A stretch of DNA of 64,000 bases from Eledone cirrhosa (lineage: Eukaryota), in contig CAXHJY010000456.1 in NCBI GenBank assembly GCA_964016885.1, positions 1-64,000 of the forward strand, written 5' to 3'. A program made the translations under genes and the position numbers. The notes under the pieces were generated by a model that was not told the DNA's origin, made no database searches, and saw only the letters and a list, made by a program, of their open reading frames with translations. Shown piece after piece: positions 48,393 to 60,979 of the stretch (position 1 is its first letter; each line of letters starts with the position of its first letter).

Positions 48393-48799
48393 TGTATATA
48401 CACTATATGGCATAAAGCATAACCAAAGATATATCTTTATTTGCCCACCCTGCTTCATATATACGGAGGATATCAGGATTGTAAAGACGTTTCATTAGGT
48501 TTATGGTTAGCAGTGACTAACTAAAAAGTCTCGCTAATAATAGCTCACGTATTTCAGTGCAAGTGACTTGAGAGAAGAGTTACCTACATTCAACAGATGA
48601 TATGCACCAAATCATTTATACAATCTCCATTTCCTTCCTCCTGCAAACAACTTCATTAGCAGATTTTCCCAGAAGAATACGTTAATTCTTATCAGATTCG
48701 CACACTACTATTATTATTTTTTCCCCTGCTCTCACGAAATCTAACCAAGGTTTATTATTTTTCTTTATATATATATAAATATGCATCACAGCTACGTCT

Positions 48800-48928
48800 C
48801 TTTACGGACTGAGTTCAAATCCCGCCGAGGTTAACTTTGCTTTTCATCCTTACGGGGTCGATAAAATAAAGTACCAGTAATACACTGGAATAATTGCTGG
48901 CCTTGTGCCAAAAAGTAGAAACAATTAT
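48800..48928 (+). mobile_element. SINE family C, 5'-truncated
   Basis: B box plus body matching 52760-52880. Confidence 0.85.
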
Positions 48929-49488
48929 TTTTCTTTATATATATAAAGAAGCCAACCTTATATATTGGGCGCTATTATTGAGTGGGGGTAGCTTGTTAAT
49001 ATAATGTTAAAAAGCGATTTCAACGTGAATATCATATGAACTTTACATAAGTTTAGATTTCATAGTAATGCTTGATTTTGTTACGTGACATCTGTTAATC
49101 AATAGTTTCTTATGAATAACCCATTTTCGCTTTTAAAATATTGCAGCTTTTATTTATATATTTATTTGCTAAGCGACTTAATGTGTTCTTATCCCAATAA
49201 TCGAGGTATGTATGTGGGTTGAGAATATTGTTTTATTGGTCCAAACCAAATATTTGCAAGATTATCAGATCTGTAAATTCTATTGACCTTTCATTATCAC
49301 TCTCTTTTATCTTTAATTGTTGATGTCTTATTCCTCTCTTTATTATATTTCAGTAACACAAGAAAAGGGGAAGAAGAAGAGGCAAACTCTACAGCAAGCG
49401 TGCGCAACCTTTTTCAAGTAGTGGGTACCATAGGATGTGGCTCATCATAAGGCAGGCTACACTGCCATTCAGTAAGTCAAACGAGATA

Positions 49489-49672
49489 TGGCTGAAAACT
49501 TCATAGGCTGACCAAGATACTCTCATGAAATGACCAAATAAGGTTTATTTTTCAACATAGTCCCTGGAAAGAAACAATGCAGTTATTAATAAGTGTTGAA
49601 ATTAGTACATGCAAGATTTCACAGCTCTAGCATTACTCCTTCTTAGTCAGCCTATGAACTTTTCAGTCAACC
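49489..49672. mobile_element. mariner-type MITE
   Basis: TIR GGCTGAAAA.TTCATAGGCTGAC / GTCAGCCTATGAACTTTTCAGTC; second copy at 51676. Confidence 0.7.
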
Positions 49673-49919
49673 CATTTCATAGTGTTTGCCCTTTGAGTGT
49701 TAGGCAACATATCTCAACTGCATCCTGCCGACAAGATGGGTAAAAATGTGGCCTTAGAGAACAAACAGTCAGTGATACCCACTACACCAGCCATTCCACC
49801 TCACAAGGCTCCGTTCTTTAGGTGTGATGCCATAATCCCAATTTAGTAGATGTGACAGCCTGAAGACAGGCTCCTTTCTTAGGCATGAAGCCATCATCCT
49901 GATTTGGTGAAGGTAAAAC

Positions 49920-51230
49920 CCAGACATGTTCAAGAAAGCATTAATAGTTGTACTCTACAAAAAAGGTAGCAGACTTGATTGTGGGAACTATTGTCCTATC
50001 AGCCTATTGAGTCACATTTACAAGCTTTTCATGAGTATCATTTCAGCACGAGTGAAGTCAGACCTTTATGTCTCATTTCCTGAAACACAAGCCGCATATC
50101 AACCTGGAAGAGGCACCATTGAACAGATCCTAGCTATTGAATAAATTATTGAGAAATCAATAGAATTCAACAACCCTGTGCACATCACTTTCATTGATTT
50201 CACAAAAACTTTTGACAACGTGAAACTACCCAGCTTGTGGCAACTCTTAAACAAGACCTCAGTTAACTCAACCTATTGAAAGAAACTTACACCAACTCAA
50301 CAGCATATATCAAAACAGACTTGGGAACTACACGCTGTATAGACATCTTGAAGGGAGTTAAGCAGGGGGATGTACTATCAGCACTTCTTTTCTGTATAGT
50401 TATAGCTGCACTTACCTCCTATTTGATAGCCAGAATTCTCTGGCTATCGAATAAGATGAAAATCCTATCAAATCTTAGCTATGCAGATGATCTGGCCATC
50501 ATGAGTTACTCTAGAACCAATCTGCAAGACTTTCTGAATGTACTGGCCAAACATTTGCTGGAGGCTGGCTTACACATCAACATCTCCAAAACAAAGTGTA
50601 TGACAACTGATAAGAACAATGCCAGTCTCCAACTCACAATCTACAACCAGCAAATTGCTCAAGTTACGGAGTTTGTATATCTCGGTCACAAACTATCATC
50701 AAACAACAATGGTGCTGTGCAATATCAAATTGTTCTAGGTTGGGCAGCTTTCAACAAGAACAAGGAAGTACTAACATCAAAACAAGTTTCCTATCATTTG
50801 AAGGCTAAGATCTTTGATACATCCTACCAGTTGTGTTATATGGTCTTGACTGTTAATTGGACAAGATCACTTCAGAAGCTCTCTACATTCAAGAACCACA
50901 TCAGGAGACTTATGACTGACTGTTTCTGTATCAGTGAGCTGCTCAACATTACCAGACTTAGACCAATTACATCAATTGTCAAGTCAAGAGTACTCAAACT
51001 ATATGGCCATATAAAAAGATCAACTCGCGGTGTGAGTAAGTTATGCCTGGAAGGAAGGTTGGCTGATAAGAGAAGCAGAGGCCAGAAGCCAAAATGATGG
51101 CTTAACAATGTCAATTTATGGACTGGACTTGATCTTTGCTCTTTGAACTCTACTGCTGGTGATCGAACTTTGTGGAGAGAAATATCACATGTTAATGCGC
51201 AGTCTGCAACTGGCGGAGTTTAGCGTCACA
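49920..51230 (+). mobile_element. Old degenerate RTE-like LINE RT (distinct family)
   Basis: NYCPISLLS, GVKQGDVLS, YADDL, FVYLG, LKLYGHI in ORFs 49926-50144 and 50276-51097, with stops and frameshifts. Confidence 0.88.
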
Positions 51231-51675
51231 AGAGAGAACAGTCTGGAGACCAAGGACATTGGGGCTCCGTAGGTGTGATGCTATCATCTTAATTTGGTAA
51301 AAGTAGATGTCAGTCTGAAGACCAAGGACAATGGAGGTTTTAATAGCAACTAGCAACAACAAGTCAATTAGTCAATGCTTGTTATTTAGTCATCTTCTGT
51401 TCATCTGCATTGTGGGTGGCAGCAATAATCTTTTAAACAAGTCAAACCATTCCTGGATGTTCTATCATGCATCACATATTCAGCAATTATTTGACAATTT
51501 ACCTGGCATGTATAAAAAAAGCTAATCTTTTGTGTTATTGATTCTGCAATAGTAATAATCTTCTTCGCTGAATGTAAAACTCATGAATAATTCACCCATT
51601 TTAATTTTAAAGAACTCATAAGAAGCTCTATGATGCAAAATGTATCAATCCCCCTGAGACATTCATATTATGCAA

Positions 51676-51846
51676 GTTGGCTGAAAAGTTCATAGGCTGA
51701 CAAAGATACTCTCATGGAATGACCAAATGAGGTTTATTTTTAAACATAGTCACCAGAAAGAAACAATGCAGTTATTAATAAGAAGAGTTGAAATTAATGC
51801 ATGCAAGATTTCACAGCTCTAGCATCACTCCTTCATAGTCAGCCTC
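51676..51846. mobile_element. mariner-type MITE, second copy (right TIR truncated)
   Basis: Aligns to 49489-49655. Confidence 0.7.
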
Positions 51847-51904
51847 ATAAGAGATTCTGGTTAATTTCTATATTCCTTACATCTCTTTGCAATTATATTT
51901 CTTA

Positions 51905-52476
51905 CTAGACCACCCGTGACCTGTTGGGTCACATTGACTTCAGAATATTTTTAAAAAATCGGGTTCACTTAAAAATAATTTTTAAATAATTAAAATATAC
52001 ATAGACATGTATATAATGTGAAATGAAGCTGGAAGGCCCATATATATATGTGTGTGTATGTATATATATATAAATGTGTGTATTTGTATACATATATACA
52101 GTATATATGTATGTGGATGTCTGTGATCTATATACACTGGTCATAGACACACACACACATTCATATATATACACACAACAACACCACCAGCTCTCTCTCT
52201 TCCATTCTCCTTCTCTGTCTCCTCTCCCTCTCTCTATGTCTCTCTTTCAATCTACTCTCTTACAACCACTATCTCTTTCTCTCTATCCTTCCCTCTCTCA
52301 GGTACCCAGAAAACCCCATATCTCGGGAACCCGTGCTTCGATTTACGCAAAACTTGTTTTATTCCATTTCAGGGGCAACTTCCTTTCAAAGTATTTCCCC
52401 ATTATGCACCCTTTTGGCTGTATATTACATTACACACAAGCAAGCAAACAATCATAGACTTTTAGTAATATATAGA
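51905..52476 (-). mobile_element. Complete non-autonomous Helitron
   Basis: Minus strand starts TCTATATAT, ends with hairpin GTGACC-CAACA-GGTCAC then CTAG, and sits between A and T with no TSD. Confidence 0.8.
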
Positions 52477-52689
52477 TTATATTTTAATTTCTAACTAGTC
52501 TGGTAGAGGGGAAGTATTTAAAAACATCTTCAATATTTTTCTTGTCAATTAAAAAGTGAGAACTTTAAGATATTTACCTGTAAGATATGTTGGTAGCCAC
52601 AAAAAAAAAGCAAGTAAGGTGGTTACTCAGTAGCAAATTGAATCTTAAAGCTTGGCTGGACATCTGTCATCTAGGTGAGATCATTATTC

Positions 52690-53108
52690 GGTGAATTGGC
52701 AGTATCGGTAGAGGGTCGGACGCCATGCTTTGACGCATAGATATACGGCCCTTGCCATTCTGAGTTCAAATCCCGCCGAGGTTAACTTTGCCTTTCATCC
52801 TTACGGGGGTCGATAAAATAAAGTACCAGTAATACACTGGGAAATTGCTGGCCTTGTGCCAAAAGTAGAAACAATTATTCATTAACATGTTGCTATTGAT
52901 ATGAGGCCAGATGGATTAGCAGTATCAGCAGAGCATCAGGCAACATGCTTTGTATCAGATAGTTTGTCCCTTTACATTCTGAATTTAAATCCCACCAAGG
53001 TTAGCTTTGGTTTTCAACCTTACAGCATTGATAAAATAAAATATCAGTAACGTACTGAGGTCGATTTTATCATCTTTCCTCTCTCCCAAATTGTTGGCCT
53101 TGTGCCTA
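52690..53108 (+). mobile_element. Two tandem SINE family C copies (young 52690-52880, older ~52905-53108)
   Basis: A box TGGCAGTATCGG, B box GAGTTCAAATCC, body AACTTTGCCTTTCATCCTTACGGGG. Confidence 0.85.
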
Positions 53109-53112
53109 AATA

Positions 53113-53399
53113 TCTATATATCTAAAACAGAGAATGTCTGTCTGTCAGCTCCCTAAAACTCGAGAACCACCCAACCGATTGTTTTCAAACTTTACACATG
53201 TAATACTTATGGTCCTGTGAGTGTTTTGAGAAAAAAAAAGTTTCAAATTTTCAATGCCCTAGGGACCGCATTAGGTGATTTAGCGATCTCTCTCTATAAT
53301 TCTTAGTCTTTCTTTTTAGATAGATACATAGATATAACGTTGCGCCCTTATAATATCTGTCTGTATGTCTGACTCTCTGCATTACGACATTATGACACT
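53113..53399 (+). mobile_element. Helitron-like 5' fragment
   Basis: A|TCTATATATCTAAAA followed by (GTCT)n; no 3' hairpin or CTAG seen. Confidence 0.45.
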
Positions 53400-54983
53400 G
53401 TGCGGACGATATTTGTTCTCAAGATTACTGTCGAGGAAAAAATAACACAATAGTTTTATTTTTTAAGATATATTTATCAAACTTGGGTCAGTTTGTCTTC
53501 ATGACTTGTTCTTTCGATCTCACTCGATAAACCCGCCATTGGCTTTGATGACGGCCTCAAGGCGGCCTCGGAACCGGCTACAGGCCTTCATCACTGTCCC
53601 CCGACTTAAGCCCCTAATGGCACTTGTGACCCTGGCCTTCAGATCGTCTTTCATATTGCAGCTAGATCTGTTGGTGTCTCTTTCCACTGCGCCCCACACA
53701 AAGAAGTCGAGGGGGTTGCAATCAGGCGAGCTGGGAGGCCAGATGCCAGGTGAAGTGTGGTCGACGAAGTTCTCTGACAGCCAGTCTTGGGTCTTTCGGC
53801 TGGTATGGCAGGGCGCTGAGTCTTGCTGCCACACGTATGGCCTACCTGCAGCTACCTGGTCGATCCAGGGCTTTACTACCTCGCTCAGAACGTGGATGCA
53901 GCCATCGGTGTTCAGCTTGAGGCCCTCAGGGAAGAAGTGAGGTGGCATGACGTCACCGTGACTGCTGACGACACCTAAGACCAATGTTGTCGCTGGAAAC
54001 TTTGTCTGCATGACTCTGGGCAGCTAGATGTCAGGTGAAGTGTGGTCGACGAAGTTCTCTGACAGCCATGCTTGGGTCTTTTGGCTGGTATGGCAGGGCA
54101 CTGTGTCTTGCTGCCACACGTACAGCCTACCTGCAGCTACCTGGTCAATCCAGGGCTTTACTCCCTCGCTCAGAATGTGGATGTAGCCATCGGTGTTCAG
54201 TTTGAGGCCCTCAGGGAAGAAGTGAGGTGGCATGACGACACCTAAGACCAATGTTGTCGCTGAAAACTTTGTCTGCATGACTCTGGGCATGTCTTTGGAT
54301 GAGACAGCAAGCCACCTGTTGTTCTGGGAGTTGATCTTCTGGTCTTGGCAGAAGTTTTTCTCGTTGGAGAAAAACCACAGCATGTCTGGCTCCAGTGGGT
54401 GTTTCAACTTGTTGATCAGCTTCTTTGCGTGCTTCAGTCACTTTTCTTGCATTGCCTTTGACAGAAATTGTCCTTTCCTCATCTTGTATGAAACATATTA
54501 AATGTCTTCATGTACCACCAGCCTAATGAGCTTTTCATCCATGCCTTTCTCCCTTGCAATGGCACGCATCGACTTGCTAGGTTCATTGTTGATGATATCC
54601 TGAACTTCAGCAACAAACTCGGACGTTCTGAAGGCGTCTGATCGTCGATCATGTGTTTTCCTCTCTGATGTTGCTTCGTAGTCGAATCCTGAATCTTCCA
54701 ATTCCTTTCTGACCTTTTCCACCATACTCCTGCTGACGCTGAGAAAGTCTGAAATTTCCTTATTTGTCCTCCCGGCGCGGATTCCAAGAAGAACTCCGTG
54801 TCTCTTCCACAAATTTGGAGGTTCAAAATTATTCATAATCATTTATTCTGAAAATAAATAATGGAAATATAGTCGCTGTTTTTATGAAGACACCTAAGAC
54901 CAATGTTGTGACAATGGAAGTAAAACAAATTGGCATAAAATTAGCAGTTGTAAATTGCGAACAAATATCGTCCACACCCTGTA
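53400..54983 (-). mobile_element. Tc1/mariner DD37D (maT) transposon, disrupted
   Basis: TIR (CAGG)GTGYGGACGATATTTGTTC at both ends; QQDSAPCH...WPPSSPDCNPLD has 37 residues between catalytic Asps; split ORFs and a ~270 bp internal duplication. Confidence 0.92.
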
Positions 54984-55499
54984 GTGTGTGTATATATATA
55001 TATAGTGTGTAACGTTTTTCGAAATATTTATGCATTCACAGATTGATTTTTTTAATTTCAGAAGATCCCGTTAAGGGTAAAAGCAGCGATTCTTTGCTTA
55101 AACTTTAATCTGTTATTTTAATATATATATATATATAATTATATATTCATGTACAGATATTTTTGCATACACAATAACAAAATTCTGCTAGTATGTTACT
55201 ATATTTATACATCAGATAAATGTTGCTTCATGAACCTTGCAAACAAAATGGCAAATGTGTTATTCGACAAGAGAGAGAAGAAGATACACTGCAAGATCCA
55301 ATCTAATTCACAGGCCTTCTTCATACAGATAGTTCCCTCCATCTCAATTGGTAACAAGCATGCAGGGCTACATCTTATTACAACAGGTCTTATCCATACA
55401 GATTTTGTCTGCCAGATTCATGAAGCAACATTTATCTGATGTATAAATCTTATAACAAAGTTGGTAGATGGGCTACCAGAATACTTTATTTACTGATCT

Positions 55500-56340
55500 A
55501 AAGTCCTCCCCTGTCTTGAGCACTATTATTTTCTCGACTGTGGCTAATGCCTGCTTGTACTGTGAGTACAAGAAGGAAGACTTATTTCCAAACCAAGCAT
55601 TGTCAGCCTCCTTCTTTGCTCGGGTAGCATCTTTAACATCCTGATTTAATCAAGGTGTTCCCCTGCCATACTGAGTCACTTTCAACTGCTTCATTTAACA
55701 GCTGATACAGAAACTGCCAAGCTGAACAGTCTCCACTATGTTTCAATGTCCTTAGTTTGTTCAGGGAAATTTCTGAATTTGTATGCAATAGTATTTGCAT
55801 ACCTCGTCCTCAACAGCCAGAACTTCCCACTCTATCCTGTAGATAGAGCTGGACCTGCTAGTTTTGTGGGTTTTCTTGATATGTATGAAACATATGAAGA
55901 CAGGCAAAACAGCTGGACTACAAGGAATAAATTCTGAAATGCTGAAAGCATCTGGAGTGGTGTGCAATGTGGTAACCATGTATATAGTGAATTGGGAAAT
56001 ACAAGTTGGTATTGTTGTGTTTCCCCTATTCTGCCAGTTTTTCCATGTCTGACTTTAATTGCCTCATTCCACAACTATGCTGCTCTCTGTCCTGGAGTCT
56101 TGTTCCAACTACAGATCATGGCTGTCACCTTCAGGAACCCTCACTGTTCTATGTTATAAGTCTCTACCTCCTCTTCCTTACTGCCATGAGCACCAAGCAG
56201 GTCATCGATACATTTGACACTGGCCAAGGGCTCCCTCAGTTTCCATGTTCTTCTCCAAATTGCTTTCCCTTAGTTTGTACTCCTGTAAAAAGGGCTAAAG
56301 CCCAACATGTTGAACTTTCTTTCTCCTTTTCCAGATAAAG
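55500..56340. mobile_element. Mixed old RTE fragments
   Basis: KHMKTGKTAGLQGINSEMLKASG (+, ~55890-55955) matches the RTE pre-RT region; other decayed pieces lie on the minus strand. Confidence 0.5.
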
Positions 56341-56393
56341 CTTGAAAGTAAGACTTTTTGTATCTCAGTTTTGTTATTTCCTTGAACTATATA

Positions 56394-56425
<32 letters not shown>

Positions 56426-56703
56426 ATATATATATATACATACATATATTTTGGAACCCTTGAAATATATATAATAAAATAAATATGGTTTTATAAAGAC
56501 AGATTCCATTTATTAATATTATTGATATTATACTCCAGAAGAAAATGTTGAGTGCTTCTAATCTGTTATAAATTAAATTTGTTGAATAATCAATAAATTA
56601 AATAACTTATTGCTTATATATATATATACTAACCCATGCTAGCGTGGAAGAACGGATGTAAAACGGTGATGATGATGATATATATATGTTTATGTATATA
56701 TAC

Positions 56704-56736
<33 letters not shown>

Positions 56737-56749
56737 AATTTTAATTTTA

Positions 56750-57090
56750 GGAGGCACATGGCTCAGTGTTAGAGTATTGGCCTTGCAATCGAAAGGTTGT
56801 GAGTTCAATTCTCAGACCGGGTGATGTGTTGTTTCCTTGAGCAAGACACTTTATTTCACATTGCTCCAGTTTACTCAGCTGTAAAAATGAGATGATAGGG
56901 ATTGGGGTCCCTATCATTCCACTGCAAAGTGGTCGTGGAGGTGCCACGGCAAAAAAGCACCCAGCACTCACTGTAAATGAGGTTGGTGTTAGGAAGGGCA
57001 TCCAGCTGTAGAAATCAAGCCAGAATCAGTTCCCGTCCCACCCTGCAAGCAGGGAAAAAGCGGACGTAAAATGAAATGATGAATGATGAT
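56750..57090 (+). mobile_element. SINE family B
   Basis: Near-identical to 8502-8845. Confidence 0.9.
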
Positions 57091-57249
57091 ATATATATAT
57101 ATATATACATATACCTACATATATATATATATATATACATATATATTCTTTGCTTAAACTTTAATCTGTTATTTTAATAAATATAAATATATATATATAT
57201 AAATATACAATATATTAACAAATGGAAACTATATTTATAAAACCATATT

Positions 57250-57315
57250 TATTTTATTATACATATTTCAAGGGCCACCAAGGCAAATTATGGTGCGCTT
57301 TCATCAGATAAAATA
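57250..57315 (-). ncRNA. Minimal type I hammerhead ribozyme motif
   Basis: Reverse-complement copy of 57448-57513. Confidence 0.75.
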
Positions 57316-57447
57316 CAAAACAGATTAGTTTTATAAATAAATATTGACATACCCTGAAAAAAGACAACCTTAACGGTTGGAGCTTCCTGGATAGGTTGTC
57401 TTTTTTCAGGGTATATCAATATTTATTTATAAAACTAATCTGTATTG

Positions 57448-57513
57448 TATTTTATCTGATGAAAGTGCACCATAATTTGCCTTGGTGGCCCTTGAAATAT
57501 GTATAATAAAATA
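57448..57513 (+). ncRNA. Minimal type I hammerhead ribozyme motif
   Basis: Stem I TATTTTAT/ATAAAATA, CTGATGA (57456-57462), stem II AAG..CACCA/TGGTG..CTT, GAAA (57494-57497), short near-palindromic stem III TATGTA, then UA. Confidence 0.78.
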
Positions 57514-57591
57514 AATATGGTTTTATAAATATAGTTTCCATTTGTTAATATATTGTATATTTACTCCACTAATCTGTTGAGTGCTTTATAT

Positions 57592-57925
57592 CAGTTCAAT
57601 TCTCAGACCGGGTGATGTGTCGTTTCCTTGAGCAAGACACTTTATTTCACATTGCTCGAGTTTATTCAGCTGTAGAAATGAGATGATAGGACTGGGGTCC
57701 CTATCATTCCACTGCAAAGTGGTTGTGGATGTGCCACGGCAAAAAAGCACCCAGCCCACACTGTAAAGTGGATGTGTAGGTGCCACGGAAAAAAAGCACC
57801 CAGCACTCACTGTAAATGAGGTTGGTATTAGGAAGGGCATCCAGCTGTAGAAATCAAGCCAGAATTAGTTCCCGTCCCACCGTTGCAAGCAGGGAAAAGC
57901 GGACGTAAAATGATGATGATGATTT
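57592..57925 (+). mobile_element. SINE family B, 5'-truncated, with an internal duplication
   Basis: GTGCCACGG..CACTGTAAA is repeated. Confidence 0.88.
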
Positions 57926-57977
57926 ATATGATGATATATATATGAATGTATATATAGTGTATTTGGTAATACACTGT

Positions 57978-58088
57978 ATGCTTAATTAAAAGCATTTTGA
58001 AGACCTTACGCTATTGTTTTAAAGTAGTAACTATGTCACTACTTTAAAACAATAGCATAAGGTCTTCAAAATGCTTTTAATTAAGCAT
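57978..58088. repeat. Near-perfect palindrome, ~54 bp arms and 3-nt loop
   Basis: 57978-58031 versus 58035-58088, two mismatches. Confidence 0.9.
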
Positions 58089-58164
58089 TTCCCTGCTTGC
58101 AAGGGTGGGACGGGAACTGATTTTGGCTTGATTTCTACAGCTGGATGCCCTTCCCAACACCACA

Positions 58165-60602
58165 AGATCTTATGGGACTTTTTATTAACAATACATTACA
58201 TAGAAAACTACCACAGATGACTGGTGGTTTATATCGTGATGATATGCTGCTGTTAATTGAAAATAATAATAATTGTGAAATCAATAGAAAAAGAAAATCA
58301 ATAATATAATTTTTTAATAGCAATAATCTTAAGTTGAAATAGAGAATAATTATAAAATTGTTAACTTTTTAGATGTAACATTAAACCTTAATACTGGGCT
58401 ATACTATCCATTCCATAAAATTAATGAGAACTTAAATTATGTTAGCTTCAACTCTAATCATCCTGATCCGTTAAGAACACTATCGTAAATTCTGTACAAC
58501 AACGTATTTCTCGAATCTCAGCGAATAAAAATATATTTGAAGATAAGTCACAATATTATAACGAAGCTTTAAGTAGAGCAGGCTATAATAATGAAATTAA
58601 ATACATCGACAATAATGATAAGGCAATTAACCATAATATTAATTATAATTATATTAAGAAACCTAGCATAAACTCTAAAACTAACAGAAGAAATAGAACT
58701 AGAAACATAATCTGATATGCTCCTCCATTTTCACTAAGTATTAAAACACCTTTAGCTAAACTATTTTTTAAAGCTCTTGATAAATGTTTTCCCAAGGCCC
58801 ATAGATATTACTCAATCTTTAACAGACATACAATTAAACTATCTTACTCTACTACTATGAACCTAGCACAAAATATAAATAGAATCAATAATAGAAATCT
58901 AAACCTTAACCAGAATAGCACTAATACTCTAGCAATATCCAACATAATAATACTGTTCCAAATAATATAAACTCTGATAAATGTAATTGTAGAATTAAAT
59001 CTAACTGTCCTTTAAAAAATAACTGTTTAGTTAAAAATATGGTCTATAAATGCAATGTCAAAAGCAATGATAATATTTTTAACTATGTTGGCTCAACTTC
59101 TACAGACTTTAAATCTCGTTTCAATAACCATAAATGCTCATTTAATAATATTGGTAAAAAATCTTCAACTTCTCTATCCAACTTGATATGGAACTTAAAA
59201 TCCAAAAATAGAGACTATTCTTTATCTTGGAATATAATTTCATAAGCACCTGCTTACAAAAACACAGCTTTATCCAAATTTTGCAAATTGTGTGTTGAAG
59301 AAATTTTCTTCATACTTAAATGTAAGAACTCTATTAATTTACGTAACAATTTATTTGGTTCTTGTTAACATCGCCAAAACTCAACTTTTAGATCTATATT
59401 TAAAATATAATTACACGTTTAATCTTCTCTACATAGTGTTTACTTTATCCAAACACCTATAATCTCATTTCTTAAACTATATGCATATATGTTCATAAAT
59501 TCTAAATCTTTAAATTTAAATTTAATGTATTTCTAATTTTAATATCTTTTACTTCTTAAATATATATAATTTACTTCTTAAATCTTTACTTTTTAATATT
59601 TTTACTTCTTAAATATCTTTATTTTTTATCTTTATTATTTTTTTATCTTTATTTATCTTACTTCCAAAATATCTCATAATGTTTTTAGAAAAATTACTTG
59701 AAATTCTTTTTAAAAAATATTTCCAAAAAAACTATTTTTTGGGTCACCTTAATATTTTTAATATATTTTTTAGTATTTTTCTAATATTTTTAAATATTTA
59801 AAAGTATTTTTTAATATTTCTTAATATTTCTTTATATTTTTGAATAATTTTAGATTTTTAATTATATTTCCTGAATAATTTTAGGTTTTTAATTAATTTT
59901 AAACACTTTTTAAATGTTTTTAAAAGGTTTTTTGAGTATCTTCGGAGTCTTTTTGAGATCTTTTAAAAATCTCTTAGAAAGTTTTTCCAGGAATTTTCAA
60001 GAATTTAGTCTAGAATTGTTAATATTTGATTTTTAAATGGTTTTAGTATTTTCTTATACTTTTAATTAATGTTTTAATTTTTTGTAATTTAATATTAGAG
60101 TTATAACCAATAACTAACTCTGGCTAAATATATCTCTAAACATATCTTTGTCAAAATTATCTCATAATAACTAATAAATAAACAAAACTGGGATTTTCAA
60201 TATTTTTCCAATGTAAAACATTAAACATATAAGTAATCATATTAAAAAACCTCTCAAAATCCTATAAAAAAAACTCTCAAAATAAGCGTTGATTACATGC
60301 GTATCGACAATGGTAAGGTTGTAACCTCATCTCGTAGCGGATAAAAAAAATTTGTCCGGGAAAGACTGCCCTAACACCGGCCAGAGTTACCTCCCTTGAC
60401 CTGCTGCAAAATCAAAACAAGCTATTTTTGCGAGCAATGAACCTTGACGTGGATTTAACCCCGAAAACTCTTTTCGAGCAATGTAAGGAACACTTTTGAT
60501 TATTTAAGCCCTTGAGAAGCCCAACTGGGCGAAACGTACGTAGGCGCTGTTTTAAATAAACATGTTTTAACGGTCTATTCTCCCATTTCTTACTTTCCCA
60601 CG
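58165..60602 (+). mobile_element. 5'-truncated Penelope-like retroelement (Naiad-like): RT remnant, GIY-YIG endonuclease, 3' region with HHR
   Basis: GLYRDDML (~58225), NFLDVTL, CNCRIKSNCPLKNNC, VYKC..YVGST..FKSRFNNH (ORF 59039-59245), CKLC; stops and frameshifts. Confidence 0.88.
60507..60548 (+). ncRNA. Minimal hammerhead motif with U3-A8 core
   Basis: AGCCC-TTGAGAA-GCCC(AACT)GGGC-GAAA-CGTACG-TA-GGCGCT, followed by AATAAA. Confidence 0.65.
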
Positions 60603-60621
60603 TACATATATATATATATGT

Positions 60622-60881
60622 GAAGGTGCATGGCTTAGTGGTTAGAGCATTGTACTTGCAATCGAAAGGCTGTGAGTTCAATTCTTGGACTGGGTGATGT
60701 GTTGTTTCCTTGAGCAATACACTTTATTTCACATTGCTCCAGTTTACTCAGCTGTAGAAATGAGTACCGGCCTGCTCAGCCAGTGGGATGGTGTTATCTT
60801 ATGGCTAAAACAGCACGACATGCTGTGACCAGCGGCGCCAATTGGCGCCCGACAGACTGGTCGGTCAAGATGATCAAGGTG

Positions 60882-60882
<1 letters not shown>
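60622..60882 (+). mobile_element. SINE with family B head and core but a different 3' tail
   Basis: Matches family B up to GTAGAAATGAG (~60764), then diverges completely. Confidence 0.8.
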
Positions 60883-60917
<35 letters not shown>

Positions 60918-60979
60918 ATATATATATACATATATATGTTTGTGTGTATATATATATACATATATATGTTTGTGTGTGT

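Larger units (their letters stand above)
57200..57563. repeat. Inverted repeat, ~171 bp arms and 22 bp spacer; probable inverted Penelope-like pLTR pair
   Basis: 57200-57370 pairs with 57393-57563 with few mismatches; each arm holds a hammerhead motif. Confidence 0.9.

Noticed and set aside
49489-51846. Two MITEs flanking an old LINE as a composite transposon
   Set aside because: The second copy's outer TIR is truncated and no shared TSD is visible; independent insertions suffice.
58705-58730. In-frame TGA in the Naiad-like ORF as selenocysteine
   Set aside because: It falls in NII*YAPPF, most likely a Trp position; the Cys motifs use TGT/TGC and the copy has other disablements.
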